From Callorhinchus milii (lineage: Eukaryota): DNA of 64,000 nt. The DNA lies in NCBI RefSeq assembly GCF_018977255.1, contig NW_024704743.1, positions 39,558,001 to 39,622,000 of the forward strand. Reading direction: 5' to 3'. Each line of letters opens with the position of its first letter. Position 1 is the stretch's first letter. The translations under genes were made by a program, and so were the position numbers. Below are positions 1-11,484 of the stretch, one piece after another. A model generated the notes under the pieces. The model searched no databases, had not been told where the DNA came from, and was given only the letters and a program-made list of their open reading frames with translations.

Positions 1-79
1 TCTGAAATGAATTATCACATCAAATACATTTATTATTTCTGAGTGTTAAAAGGAGCATTGTTTGGCGAAGTAGGTTAAA

Positions 80-660
80 ACAACAACAACTTGCATTTAT
101 ATAGCACCCTTCACACAGGGTAGCATCCCAGAGTGTTTGACAGTGGTGGAGTCTGTCAAGGAGCCAGAGGGAGGTGACTGTAAGCACGATCAAAAAGAAA
201 GGTCTTTATGTGGGATTTGAAGGTGGGATGGCAGGGGCAAGGTGGAGGGATTGAGGGAGAGAGTTCCAGAGTTTTGAGGAGTAGTGGCTGAAGGCACAGC
301 CATCGATAGTGGGGCGGAGGAGACGAGGGACAAACAGGAGGCCGGAGCTAGCTGAACGGAAGTAACAAGTGGTGAAGTAGGGGGCTAGCAGGTTGGATAG
401 GTAGAGAGGTGCGAGGGCATGACGGGATTTAAAAACAAGTGAGAGGATCTTGAAATCGATCCGTTCGGTAATTGGGAACCAGTGGAGCCTGGCAAGGACG
501 AGTGTAATAGGGGTACGGAGTTTTGTGCGGGTGAGAATCCAGGCAACAAGAGTTTTTAATTAATTGAATTTTGTGTATGGTGGAGCTGGGGGAGCCCAGC
601 CAAGAGGGATTTGGACTAGTCCAGCCGGGAATGTGACAAAGGCGTGGACGATTGTTTTGG
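80..660 (-). mobile_element. L2-clade LINE 3' fragment (older subfamily)
   Basis: (CAA)n tail plus 'ttgcatttatatagc' at 80-105; the reverse complement resembles the ORF2 C-terminus and 3' UTR of the L2 at 47095-50500. Confidence 0.8.
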
Positions 661-782
661 TTGGTGTATATAAATACATATACCCATTATGTCAGGTACT
701 CTATCCCTTACTCAGTCTTTACTTCAATTTCAAACACAGATAATCTCTGCCTCTCTCTTGGTCTCTCATCTTTCCTCTCCAG

Positions 783-858
783 AATTTTATTCTTGTACAA
801 GCATTATGAGACAGATACAATTGATCAGGAGATTGCTATAATTTCTAATTTGGTTAAG
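783..858 (+). other. Exon-like segment (ILFLYKHYETDTIDQEIAIISNLVK), product unknown
   Basis: Long polypyrimidine tract ending ...cctctccag, donor AAG|gtagca, one open frame. Confidence 0.3.
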
Positions 859-1674
859 GTAGCACTCCTTAGATTAGAGTTTGGGTATCCGGTTTGCATG
901 GGACTTATGCATTGAGATACAAAATTAAGGTGAATGGAAATGCGTGTAAAATGCTCACTCATTCAACTGTGGTAAAATCAATATAGTGTATGCTGTCTGA
1001 CTGAGCCATTTATTGAATTACAGCTGTGTTAGTTCAGTTATCATCAGAATCACATTGCAATCTCAGGTCATTTGATGTCTTAAATTGCAGGTTTCCTCCT
1101 ACAAAAACAAATTATGAACGAGCACCTTTCATTGTGCCTGCTGTTCACTTATGGAACTCAATCATAGTCAAAGGCAATATTCTTTCTAATTTTATAAGAG
1201 TTTCAGAATACATTATAGATGTTTCCACACTCCAAAAAGTATGCACTCTTCAAAAAGACAGTTTCTCCCAGTATCCTGGCCAACAATCCCCAAAATAAAA
1301 TTGGTCATTAATTTTATGACTGATTGCGGGACAACAATTTACATTTATATAGAACCCTTCACAAGAGCCACGTCTCAGAGCGCTTATTGCTGTCTGCAGG
1401 TTGACTGCCATATTCAGATAGAAAAATACACAATTAATACACTTTAGAGTAAATGATCTGCCCGCCTGACCATAGCCCTATCAAAGCCTGACTCTCAGTG
1501 TCCTGGCCTCTATGATGGCTGAAATGAAGTCTCTTCTTCAGAGAAAATAATCAGTCTTACAGTGCCGCTGGTGCCACCCTACCCATTGATCAGTGTTAAC
1601 GGTAGATCCGGAATTCCAAGTATAAGTGGCGAGCCAGACAGGCTGGTCAATACAGCCTTGGTTTATAGCCTTGT

Positions 1675-2000
1675 GGAGTCCTGTAGCTCAGTGGTTAGAG
1701 CACTCGCTTTGCAAGCGAGAGACCTGAGTTCAATTCCAGGCAGAGGGCGAAACCTTGGGCAAGTTTCCTTACTCCACACGCCTAATAATAATCCCTCCCA
1801 AACCAACAACAATAATAAAATTGGTCATTTTCAATCTACGACTGTTTGTGGGACATTGCTGTGCGCAATTGGCTGCCGCGTTCGCCCACAAATATACAGT
1901 CAATTCACTTTACAGTGTGTTCTGTGAAGCACGTTGGGACGTCCTCCCAACGTGAAAAGGCTATATCAAATGCAAGGATTATTATTAGGATTATTATTAT
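1675..2000 (+). mobile_element. Young tRNA-Ala(UGC)-derived SINE, short variant, full length
   Basis: A box TAGCTCAGTGG, anticodon arm CTCGC-TTTGCAA-GCGAG, B box GAGTTCAATTCC, Deu-like 3' block, L2-type end, (ATT)n tail; near-identical copies at 21342, 44931, 63575. Confidence 0.92.
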
Positions 2001-2376
2001 AGTGATCTTCAGTTTCTCCTCAAAGCTAGTTTAATCCTAGGAAGATTTCTTCTTATCTACCCAAAACAAGGAAAGCTTTTGGATATCTATTTCATAACAC
2101 AAAAAGTTGATCAAACTCATTGGATTTCAAATGTTCTCGTCATCTGCCCGACACTCAACCAACTGAGCTATTCCAGCTTTTTTATGCATATATCTTCCCA
2201 GGAAGCTAGTTGGTAGTGGAATGGGGCAAAAATCTATATCTTCCTGTGGTTGGTTAAGGTTGGAATTGTGCACCATATTCGTTTTCAAAGGAATTGATTT
2301 TAAAACTTGCTATTCACGACATCACACCGAGTTTCCACCTTTCTTTTCATTTAAAGATTATACAGGGATGGCTCAC

Positions 2377-2546
2377 CTCCCTTGATGTATAGTCATTTCA
2401 GTATTTGTGCCAAAGATTGATGGTTCATTGTAACAAATTCCTACCATTCTGATATGAATATTCAGACCAGAGTTTCTCCATGTAATTTCTTGTAATACAT
2501 TTTGAATTTGCACATTAATTTTCCTGTTTCCAAATGTTATCAGTTG
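2377..2546 (-). other. Exon-like segment (QLITFGNRK...MTIHQG), product unknown
   Basis: Minus strand: TACTAAC branch-point match (2567-2573), acceptor ttacccttcag, donor GAG|gtgagc, 56 open codons; competes with a plus-strand fossil HECT reading. Confidence 0.3.
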
Positions 2547-2914
2547 CTGAAGGGTAAACATCCATAGTTAGTATCCATAATTATCTGTAAATACATTTTG
2601 ACAAATCTAAATTCCAACTATTGATACAAAGGAGCTTCAATTATGATTCATGAGCTCACAGTTTTGGGGTCAAGATGCTGATGTAATCTTATTGAGCCGA
2701 AACTGTTATCAAACCAATATTTTCTATTAACCTTGGGAGGACTACATCACATCTTACACTTTGCAATATATTTTACTTGGGAGTGTTTGAGACTGTGATA
2801 AAGTACAAAGAGATAACAAATCTCCATTTCCATTAATTCACTCTACCTTAATAAATACTTAATTCGTAAGAAAATAAATGTGTGCTTTATTAAAATATGA
2901 AGCAGAATACAAAA

Positions 2915-3340
2915 TAATAATCATTATATTTGGCATAGTGGCTTTCACATCAGGAGAGTATCGCAAGGCACTTCACAGGATGTATTGCAAAGTGGAATGG
3001 CTGTGCATTTTGTAGGCAAATGCTGCAGCCAATGTACACACAGCAATGTCTCACAAACAATCATGGTGTGAGTGACGATTTTTATTATTTATGGATTTAT
3101 TATTTATTATTTATGGAAGAAACTCTCTCCTATTTACAAGTAATGCCATGGAATGTTTAATGTCCACCTGACCAGGAAAACGGGACCTCGGTTTAATGTC
3201 TCATCCAAAGATAGGAACCTGCAACAATGCAGCACACCCAGTTCTGCATTCAAGTGTTAGCATTGAATATAATTTGAGTTCCGACGTGGGGCTTGAAACC
3301 ACAATCTTCTGAATCAGAGGCGAGAGTGCTACCAAGACTG
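2915..3340 (-). mobile_element. Old Deu-domain SINE (SacSINE1/AmnSINE1-like)
   Basis: tRNA-like head at ~3285-3340 (reverse), Deu-type body 'gccatggaatgtttaatgtccacctga...cctcggtttaatgtctcatcc', L2-type tail. Confidence 0.75.
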
Positions 3341-3384
3341 ATCCCAAAAAAGGATCTTCTACAATTATAATAAAGATAATACTG

Positions 3385-3753
3385 ATAGTAATAATCCTTG
3401 CATTTGATATAACGCCTTATCACGTATTCGAGACACCTCAAAACGCTTTACAGAATATACTGCAAAGTGAATTGATTGTATATTTTTGGGACGAAAAGCA
3501 GAGTCCAATTGCAAACAGCAGTGTCCCACAAACAGTCGTGAAATTGAGTGAGCACATTTAAAAAATTATATATATATTATTGAAGGAATTATTATCCCTG
3601 GAAAAGCAATCCACCGATCGACTAACTTCCGGGTTCCTACTTACTGCTAGGTAAACAGAGGCATGTAGAGTAAGGAAACTTGCCTAAAGTTTTACCCCTC
3701 CCAGGAATCAAACCTGGGTCCTCTTGCTTGCAAGGCGAGTGCGCCAACCACTA
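3385..3753 (-). mobile_element. tRNA-derived SINE, long variant
   Basis: Same head and tail as 1675-2000 plus the extra internal block 'ctgtttacctagcagtaagtaggaacccgg...'. Confidence 0.85.
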
Positions 3754-4455
3754 CAAAATTACAACAGACCTTGAGAATTTTAACTTTGAAATAGAATGTA
3801 TTGGTTATTTCAGTCAACTTCTTCCATTCATCATCTTCTAATAGTGGCATCTCCACTGTAGCTGGTTAGACAGAAACCTCTGCAACTGGGCCTTCCTCAT
3901 CAATTCCTATAGGATTCTAAAATATGCTGTGAGAATGTTAAACAGCGTATTTCTATAAAAACATAGCATAAGAAAGCTACAAAAAGACCATTGTGTGGAC
4001 AAGCTCTCCATCTTGTGGTGCTGCTGTATTAGTACCATTCTGCCTGGATCTGTATCCACACAATTGTAGCTAAACAGGTTTCTTAAGAAATATGTTTTCC
4101 ATTAAATATTAAGTTGATACGTACTGTATGCACTGTATATATAATTAGTGGATAGTATGCGAATTAGCAATGATGGTTTTTGAAAATAAATGCAAGAGTA
4201 GTTAATGAATTCCAAGACTAATACTAAATGCCTAGTTTGTTTTCTGTGGAATGCACTTTTACAAAAGCCCATAGGAGCAAAATGTGTGTTCAATAATTTT
4301 ACATCAATGATAATAGTCGCAGTATAGGAACACAAGAGTAGGCATTCGGCTCATTGATCATCTCCTACCACTTTCCAAGATCATAGCTGATCCGCAACTC
4401 ATATCTACCTCACCGCCCTCTCTCCATGTTCCTTAATACCCCAACCTGTCAAGTA

Positions 4456-5015
4456 CAACAACAACAAAATTACATTTGTGAAGTGCCTTCGTGTCGGGAG
4501 GACGTCCTAAGGAGCTGAACAGTAAGGGATCAGGACTCAAGCGTGGGGGGACAGGGTTGGGATGAGGGAGGGCAGAGAGGTAGGAGGGCGGCTGAAAGAG
4601 GATGTTGAGTTGTGCCTTGAAGGAGGCATGGGGGGGAGCAAGGCGAAGGGATTGTGGGATGGAGTTCCAAAGTTGGGGGCAGAGAGGCTGAACACTCGGC
4701 CACCGATGGTAGAGTGGGTCGGGCAGGAGACATGGAGTAGCCCGGAGCCTGTTGAACGCAGGGAGCGGACAGATCCATAGGGGGTCAGCAGGTCAGAGAT
4801 GTAGGAGGGGGCAAGGCCGTGGAGGGCCTTGAAAGTAAAGACAAGGAGTTTGAATTCTATCCTCTGAGGAATGGGGAGGCTGTGCAGCCAGGCGAGGGTG
4901 GGGGTGATGGGATCCTGGAGCCTGGTGCGGGAGAGGACATGAGCTGCAGAGTTCTGGATGATCTGCAGCTTGTGGAGGGAAGAGTTTGGGAGACCAAAAA
5001 GGAGTGAGTTTCCGT
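4456..5015 (-). mobile_element. L2 LINE 3' fragment
   Basis: (CAA)n tail, 'ggaggacgtcc' terminal motif; reverse complement matches L2 at ~49900-50500. Confidence 0.85.
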
Positions 5016-5561
5016 AGTATTTATCTATTTGCCTTTTAATTCTTCAATTGACTTTGCAGTGGTTAGTGTGAACCTGACATTGCTGGATTCAAACCAAAAC
5101 AATGTAATGCACCAGATGATCACAAGATGGTAGAATCCTGCATCCTGCTTAGCATCCCCCACCACCACCACCATGGGTGCTGACTATGTTTTATGAGTGA
5201 GCATGTTGAGGTCTTCAACACTTGTGGGACAAACTAGTTCATTCCTTATGATCACTGTGCAGGCTGATTATACAAGTTTTGAGAAAATGCTTATTTTAAA
5301 CACATGGAGCTGTTTCTGAAGGAAATCAGATAATTTTTACTCATCTCTTCACTCCAGTCAGGGAATAACTGACTTGGTTTTATTTCTTCATTCAGCTAAT
5401 TCATAGCGTTCTTGAAAGGCAAAAGCAATAACAATATACCCTTTAGGTCAGGGGATTACAGTGTGCTGTTTAAATTGAGGAACAATGGCAAAGATATCAT
5501 CAAGGTTGAAAAGAGTGCGAAAGAGAAGTGAGTGAAGTCAAGTGGAAGTCAATAGAGTAAT

Positions 5562-5790
5562 GTTCAAATCCATTCATACCCTGGCATCTCCCTACCTCTC
5601 CGACTTCCTCACTCCCCAATCCACCACCGGGTGCCTCCACTCGACTGCACCGGTCTCCTGCTCGTCCCTCGCAACCTCCGGCCCACCATCGGAGGTCAAG
5701 CTTTCAGCCACTATGCCCCAAAACTCTGGAACACTCCCTCAATCCCTCTGCCTTGCCCCCTCTTTCTCCTCTTTCAAGTCCCACCTGAGT
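5562..5790 (+). mobile_element. L2 LINE fragment (ORF2 C-terminus)
   Basis: Translates to ...PTIGGQAFSHYAPKLWN..., matching the end of ORF 48976..50394. Confidence 0.75.
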
Positions 5791-6104
5791 TTGGTAACAA
5801 CATCAACTTCCATTTATATAGTGTCCTACACGTAGTGTAGCGTCTCAGAGTGGGCATAAACTCAGCGAAAGAGTAAAGGGGGAGATTAGTCTATTTTTGT
5901 ATGTAAGGTTATTAAAACATACAATGCTTTGGCATAGATGAATATTGAAGTGGAGATCATCATTTTGGGGCAAAACTTCCAGGATGTCCTAAGCACAGCT
6001 CCTTTGGTGATGTGCAATTGTAATGGAAAATCTAATTAGTAGTTGACATCATCAAAGATAATGCGTCTAACTCTCACCAGAATTTTGTATTTTGCATAAC
6101 AACA

Positions 6105-6390
6105 TAAACATTTGTGAGATGAAAGAAGACCAAAATCCATCCAGTTCACCTTCCACCATCCTGGCATGTAGTATTCTAAACTATATATTGTATCCTGCGA
6201 TACTACTTTTTGATAGAAATCTATTTAATTTATTCTTTGAAAGAATTGACACTTTCTGCTTCCACCATCTCCCTAGGGAGTCTGTTCCTTACATTTACTA
6301 CTCACTCACCGAAGTAGTGTTTCCGCAGATTTGTTCTAAATTTAGTCCCCTTCAATTGCGGGCCATGTGCTCTGGTTCTACTGTTGCATG
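6105..6390 (-). mobile_element. CR1-type LINE 3' fragment (same family at ~12485-12750 and ~62505-62610)
   Basis: Shared 'gaccaa..tccatcca...ccaccatcctggca...aactatatattgtatcc' in three places; CR1-like 3' end composition. Confidence 0.65.
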
Positions 6391-6664
6391 GTCATCCATT
6401 TATCAAATTTTCCCCATATTCACAATGGGGCTAGTCCCGACTAGTGTGGATAACGGTCTCTCTATTGCAGTTAGCGTCAATGGATAAATTAACACCACCT
6501 TAGGTTCAAAGGACTGAATAGCCTTCTCCTGTGCTATAATGTCGATAATTCTATTGTAGAGAATTAAGAGCTATTGTGAGCAAAAATAAGTGTTTCAAAC
6601 AGACCGAAAATCAAGCTTCATGGGGGTAACTTTAGAAATGAAGAAAATGTAGGTATTCAATTGA

Positions 6665-6810
6665 GATCATAGAATCATAGAGTTATACAGCAGAGAGGAG
6701 GCCATTCAGCCCATCATGCCTGTCCTGGCTCTTTGAAAAGAGCTACCCAAATCAATCCCATTTCCCCACTCTCTCCCCATAGCCCTGCAAACTTGTCCTC
6801 CCCAAATAAT
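6665..6810 (-). mobile_element. CR1 LINE 3' end
   Basis: 'atcatagaatcatagag...ggaggccattcagccc' is the reverse complement of the CR1 end at 19650-19756. Confidence 0.8.
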
Positions 6811-7545
6811 TATATAGGAGAAAGACAATCAAGAATATTAACTTTGATGGATCCACTCATAATCCTTCATTAAGAGTGGAGCCATCAAAGTTAGGAGGTT
6901 GTAGTTGTTAATTGGACTCAGAAGAGACATGAGAAAATGAAGTAAACACAATTATCATTGTTCTGCTAAATAGCTTGGAGAAGATCAAGGATTAGTGATC
7001 CAGCCACTGCACCACAAGGTGCACCACAAGGTGAATACAATTCATATGCTGTAAGGCTGTGTAGTCTGAAGCAAGTTGACCAATGTTCAGTGGAAATTAT
7101 TACACACAAAATGGTTAGAGGTGGTTAATGAGTGGAGGACATGATTGATGTGGAGAGAAAATACAGATTGTGCACAGTACACATACAGGTGACACTGCAT
7201 ATATCAGGGCGGTGTGGAAGCGCAATAAAGTATCCCAATGGATATGTAAGAATTTCTGCTGATAATGCACCATCTGGTTTCTTCACAGAACAATGGATAA
7301 TCCATTGGAATATCTGTCACAGAAGAGGAGCAAGACTCACCAGAGCACATGTTTCAACATGACTACTTAAAACAAGCATTCCACAGATGTGTGCTCTGTG
7401 GAAGATATAAATATGGCATGAAATAAGGTATTAAACATTTGTGAAGAGAGGTGTCAGTGAGGGAGATATTGAAGGGTCAGGTAGTGCAGAATGTCATGTG
7501 AGAATGCATGGAGTTGTACAAGTGTCACCTCCTAGATTCATGTCG

Positions 7546-7608
7546 ACAGCATATAGCTTGCACAGCTGACAGTAGAAATCACTGTCAACTGTGCAAGTTC
7601 TATGCTGT
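7546..7608. repeat. 28-bp-arm inverted repeat (hairpin)
   Basis: acagcatatagcttgcacagctgacagt / agaaatc / actgtcaactgtgcaagttctatgctgt; 25 of 28 Watson-Crick pairs. Confidence 0.9.
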
Positions 7609-8189
7609 TCTCTCACAGAACTAAGCCGACACCAACATCAGCATCAAACTACTAACAACAATACAGGTATAGATAAGTTGTAAGAATCTGTGTATCCTGC
7701 CTCTCTTTAGTTGAGAATCGAACCATCCATCAATCTGCAACCTAAGGGAGTTGAGGAATGGATTTATAGTGAAAGGTTAAATGGCTGCAGGGTTGAAGCT
7801 TGGCTTTGGTCAAAATTTGTGTCCAATACTTTCTTAACTTGTTATATTGATGTTATATAAGTTTAGGTAGCGAATGCCCATAGGCAAAGGTAAAATAAAG
7901 TTACTGAGTTGCAAAGCCCTTGTACCTATAATAAGTAGCAGATAGTTCAATTATCCATTCGGCTCTCAACATGTTCTGGTAACCAAGATTCATTTCACCT
8001 CGAGATAGTGATCCATTTGAGCCATATCAGACAACATAGGGTCCGAATTCAGTTTAAAATCCAAATTAAATCAATGTATTGGATCCTTTTGAAAGTTTTA
8101 TTTTTCTGGTTGATTGACACCTAATGGAATCCCATGAGAATGCTTAAGAATATCAAAACAGACTGAGTGCTTTATGTATGTATTTCCGA

Positions 8190-8425
8190 CATAGAATAAT
8201 AGAATCCTGCAGCACAGAAGGAAGCCATTCGGCCTATCATGCCTGTGCCGGTTCTTTGAAAGAGTTACCAACTCGTCCCACTCCTCCGTTCTTACCCCAT
8301 AGCACTGCAAATCTTACCTTTTTAAGTACCTATCCAATTCTCTTTTGAAAGCTATTATCAAATCTGCTGCCATCACACTTTAAGGCAGTGCATTCCATGC
8401 CTTAGCAACTCTCTAGGTGAAAAAA
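8190..8425 (-). mobile_element. CR1 LINE 3' end
   Basis: 'catagaaataatagaatc...cagcacagaaggaagccattcggcc' matches the reverse complement of the CR1 3' end. Confidence 0.8.
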
Positions 8426-8434
8426 TTACATATA

Positions 8435-8750
8435 GAAATTTGAAATTTCCCTGTGTTTGGAATTGAGTGCACATTCTCTTTCTGGGGAATGCACAGTACT
8501 AATCTAAGGCTGGAGCGGTTTAGGCACAGGTTTGCAAGAGCCAAAGTTTGGGGACACCAGAGTGTGTATTGGGGTACTGGTGGAGTTTAAAACACATAGC
8601 TTGCCATTGAGATCACTGTCTGCTAAGCTTCCTGCTGCTTGTCCAGCTAGGATCACCCTATCCATTGGATTCTTGCAGGGTTAGCAGGAGCTGAGTGGGA
8701 AGAATCCCTGCCCATAACCTATTCGCTGGAACATTTGTGGTACAAATTAT
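8435..8750 (+). repeat. Unclassified ancient dispersed repeat, copy 1 (most diverged)
   Basis: Shares 'gcacattctctttctggggaa' and 'gcaagagccaaagtttggggacacca' blocks with 22795-23040 and the reverse complement of 59500-59902. Confidence 0.55.
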
Positions 8751-8828
8751 ATTCCTGGATGGCACATTAATTGATGCTATTATTTCTCTTTTCCTTATCA
8801 CTGCTTTGTTTATGTTTCCTGCTTGCAG

Positions 8829-8917
8829 TGTACATTCTGAAAATGAGCTATTGTATCACCAGAAGCAGTTCCTGCAATCAATAAGAGAAATCAACAAAAA
8901 ATTATATGATCAGCGAG
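8829..8917 (+). other. Exon-like segment (VHSENELLYHQKQFLQSIREINKKLYDQR), product unknown
   Basis: Acceptor tttcctgcttgcag, donor GAG|gttaat, open frame. Confidence 0.3.
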
Positions 8918-9414
8918 GTTAATGCATTCACCTATTCACCTACCAATACACAGTCACTATACTTTATAGTAAAGTCCTGTGAGATGTTTCATCACTGTGG
9001 TAAGTCGATATATCAAATGTTAAGGATTATTTTATTCTGCATGATTAAAAACAAAAACTGACTTCAATCTTACTGACTTTACTGCATTAACAATACGGTA
9101 TAATTCTTGTTCTGGTGTTTCAATTCCATTATGAAGTACTCACATCACTCACACAAACATACACAGTGACCTTTTTACACTTTCATTCCTGGAACTCTGT
9201 AATCAGATTCAAGAACACTATTTTAAGTATGTTTCTCTCCTGAAAAGTAATAATGTTTTGAATGAGGTGTAACAGGAAATGTGATAACTGAAAGAAAAAT
9301 GAAATGCATAAAACTAATAGATGAAAGAATGTGTAAGGAAAAAAAAATGATTCATAGCAAAGGAAAGAAAGACAGGAATAGAAAATAGTAGAAAGGGAGG
9401 AGAAGACATGCAGA

Positions 9415-9972
9415 ACAACAACAACATTACATTTGTATAGCACCTTTCGGGAGGACATCCCAAGGCGTTGGACAGTCAGAGCTTTGGACCCAAGCTGGGG
9501 TTTGGGATCAGGGAGGGTGGAGGGTAGTGGGGGAAGCAGGGAGATCGAAAGCACTCGAAGAGGAGGGTGTTGAGAAGATCTTGAAGGAGGCAAGTGAGGG
9601 GTGGAGGCAGAGGGACTGCGGGATGGAGTTCCAGAGGGTGGGGGCAGAGTGGCAGAAGGCCCGCCCGCCAATGGTGGGGCGAGCGAGGCGGGAGACGTGT
9701 AGCAGGCCAGAGCCCGCTGAGCAGAGGAGGCAAGCAGGATGGTAGGCAGCTAGGTGGTCACAGTGGTATGGGGAGCAAGACCATGGAGGGCTTTGAAGGT
9801 GAGGACCACAATCTTGAACAGTATCCTCTGTGTGATGGAAAGCCAGTGGAGTCGGGCGAGGATGGAGGTGATAGGGTCACGGAGTTTGGTTCGGGAGAGG
9901 ACACGGGCTGTAGAGTTCTGGATGATCTGCAGCCTATGGCGAGGCTGACAAGCAAGGAGTTTGCATAGTCAA
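9415..9972 (-). mobile_element. L2 LINE 3' fragment
   Basis: (CAA)n tail, L2 terminal motif, homology to 49890-50500. Confidence 0.85.
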
Positions 9973-11484
9973 GCAAAAGAGAAAAAATTGAAAGTGCAAA
10001 GATTAGCAATATGGTATTATTGGAGTTGTTATAAAGAGAGATAGAAAGGAAGTAAATGGGAAATGACACCCACACAGACAGGACACAGTGTAGATTGATG
10101 ATATTCCAACCCATTTTGTTCTTCTTTCCTGCAGGAGTAATTATTTGCAATCATTTTACTGCATTCAGTCAACAAAACAAATGAAAAGCTCTGAAAAAGA
10201 AAATAGGTCACACCAAAGCATGTAGAATGTGACAAGATGAATGAATGTTTAATATATAACCTTGGGTCTGAGTTAATAAATGGCTTCTGCCTACAGAATA
10301 AATGGCAGGGTCAGAGACAGATGAAGAAGAGAAAGAGTATGTCAAAGTAAAGAGTCAGAGAAGAATAAGAGCAATATATTCGAATCACAAGCTCAAAGAA
10401 GTAACATTTTCCGAACATGGTGTTTTGTATGTAAGTGTGTGTGTGTGTGGGGGGGTCGGAGAGAAGCAATGTTCAAACTGTTATGTGATTTATTGTGTCT
10501 AGTTTTTCTCCTCTGGGTGGCAGTGTGCCCATTTTAATGCTTCATGGTGGTTTCAAAACCATAACATGGATGGTAAGCTTATAGTTATTGTTTTACTTTA
10601 ATGTTGTTTATGTGGCGCGCTTGGCACTTTTCTTTCAATGTTTTATATGTTTGCTATTTTTTAATGAATCTAGCTTCTTGTCCTCGTACCTTTTGCTTAT
10701 TCTTTTGCTCCTTTTTTCAGCCTTTCAGAATTTACTGTCGTTGTGAAGGGACTTTCTGTTTGTGCTCTGATATCTGGGGTGTTTGCAGATGTTTACAGGT
10801 GATAATATTCAAGTAATTTACGTGCTACTCACTTCAATAGTGACACAGACACTCACTTGCACAGAGAAACAGAGGCAGACACAGACTCCCACAGAGATTT
10901 AGAAACTCACTCACGCTGACATTTACTTAAACAGACTTAAACACACTATTGCAGCGAGAGTGAGGGTGGCAGTGCTGGAGATGATGTTACAATGAGACTC
11001 AATACGTGAGGCCAAATGTGGATTGGAAGGCCACTTTGTCAACCATTTTCAGCCTTTCAGTATTCATTGTGGTGGAGTGCGTTTGTGACTGTGTTCTGAT
11101 TTCTGGGGTGTTTGCAGATGTTTACAGATGATGAAATAATACTAGTATTTGCATGCACATTATCATTAAAATTCTCAGTTTGGTTTGACTACTCTTAAGT
11201 GTGGTGATGTGTCAGACGCCTGGCTAACCTCCAAAAAATATTAAATAGTTTGGACTTTCCTTGTCATCAAATTACATCACCATTAATTGTTGTATTCAGT
11301 AGTTTGTAGTGGTTTGTTTCATTATTTTAAATTCTGCTAGCTTCAGCAAGTTTTGTATTCCAAAACACAAATTATGAAAGAAATAAAATGTTTTAACCAA
11401 CTTTCGTGAAACATCTCTCTCAAGTTATCTTATATCTCATCACATCACACTCTGTAGTTTGTAGCAACAATAGAATAACAAATG

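Noticed and set aside
1675..1750. tRNA-Ala(UGC) gene
   Set aside because: The anticodon arm and A/B boxes are present, but the acceptor stem does not pair and the sequence continues into a SINE body; same for the other copies
7008..7033. 12-bp tandem duplication tgcaccacaagg
   Set aside because: Ordinary replication slippage
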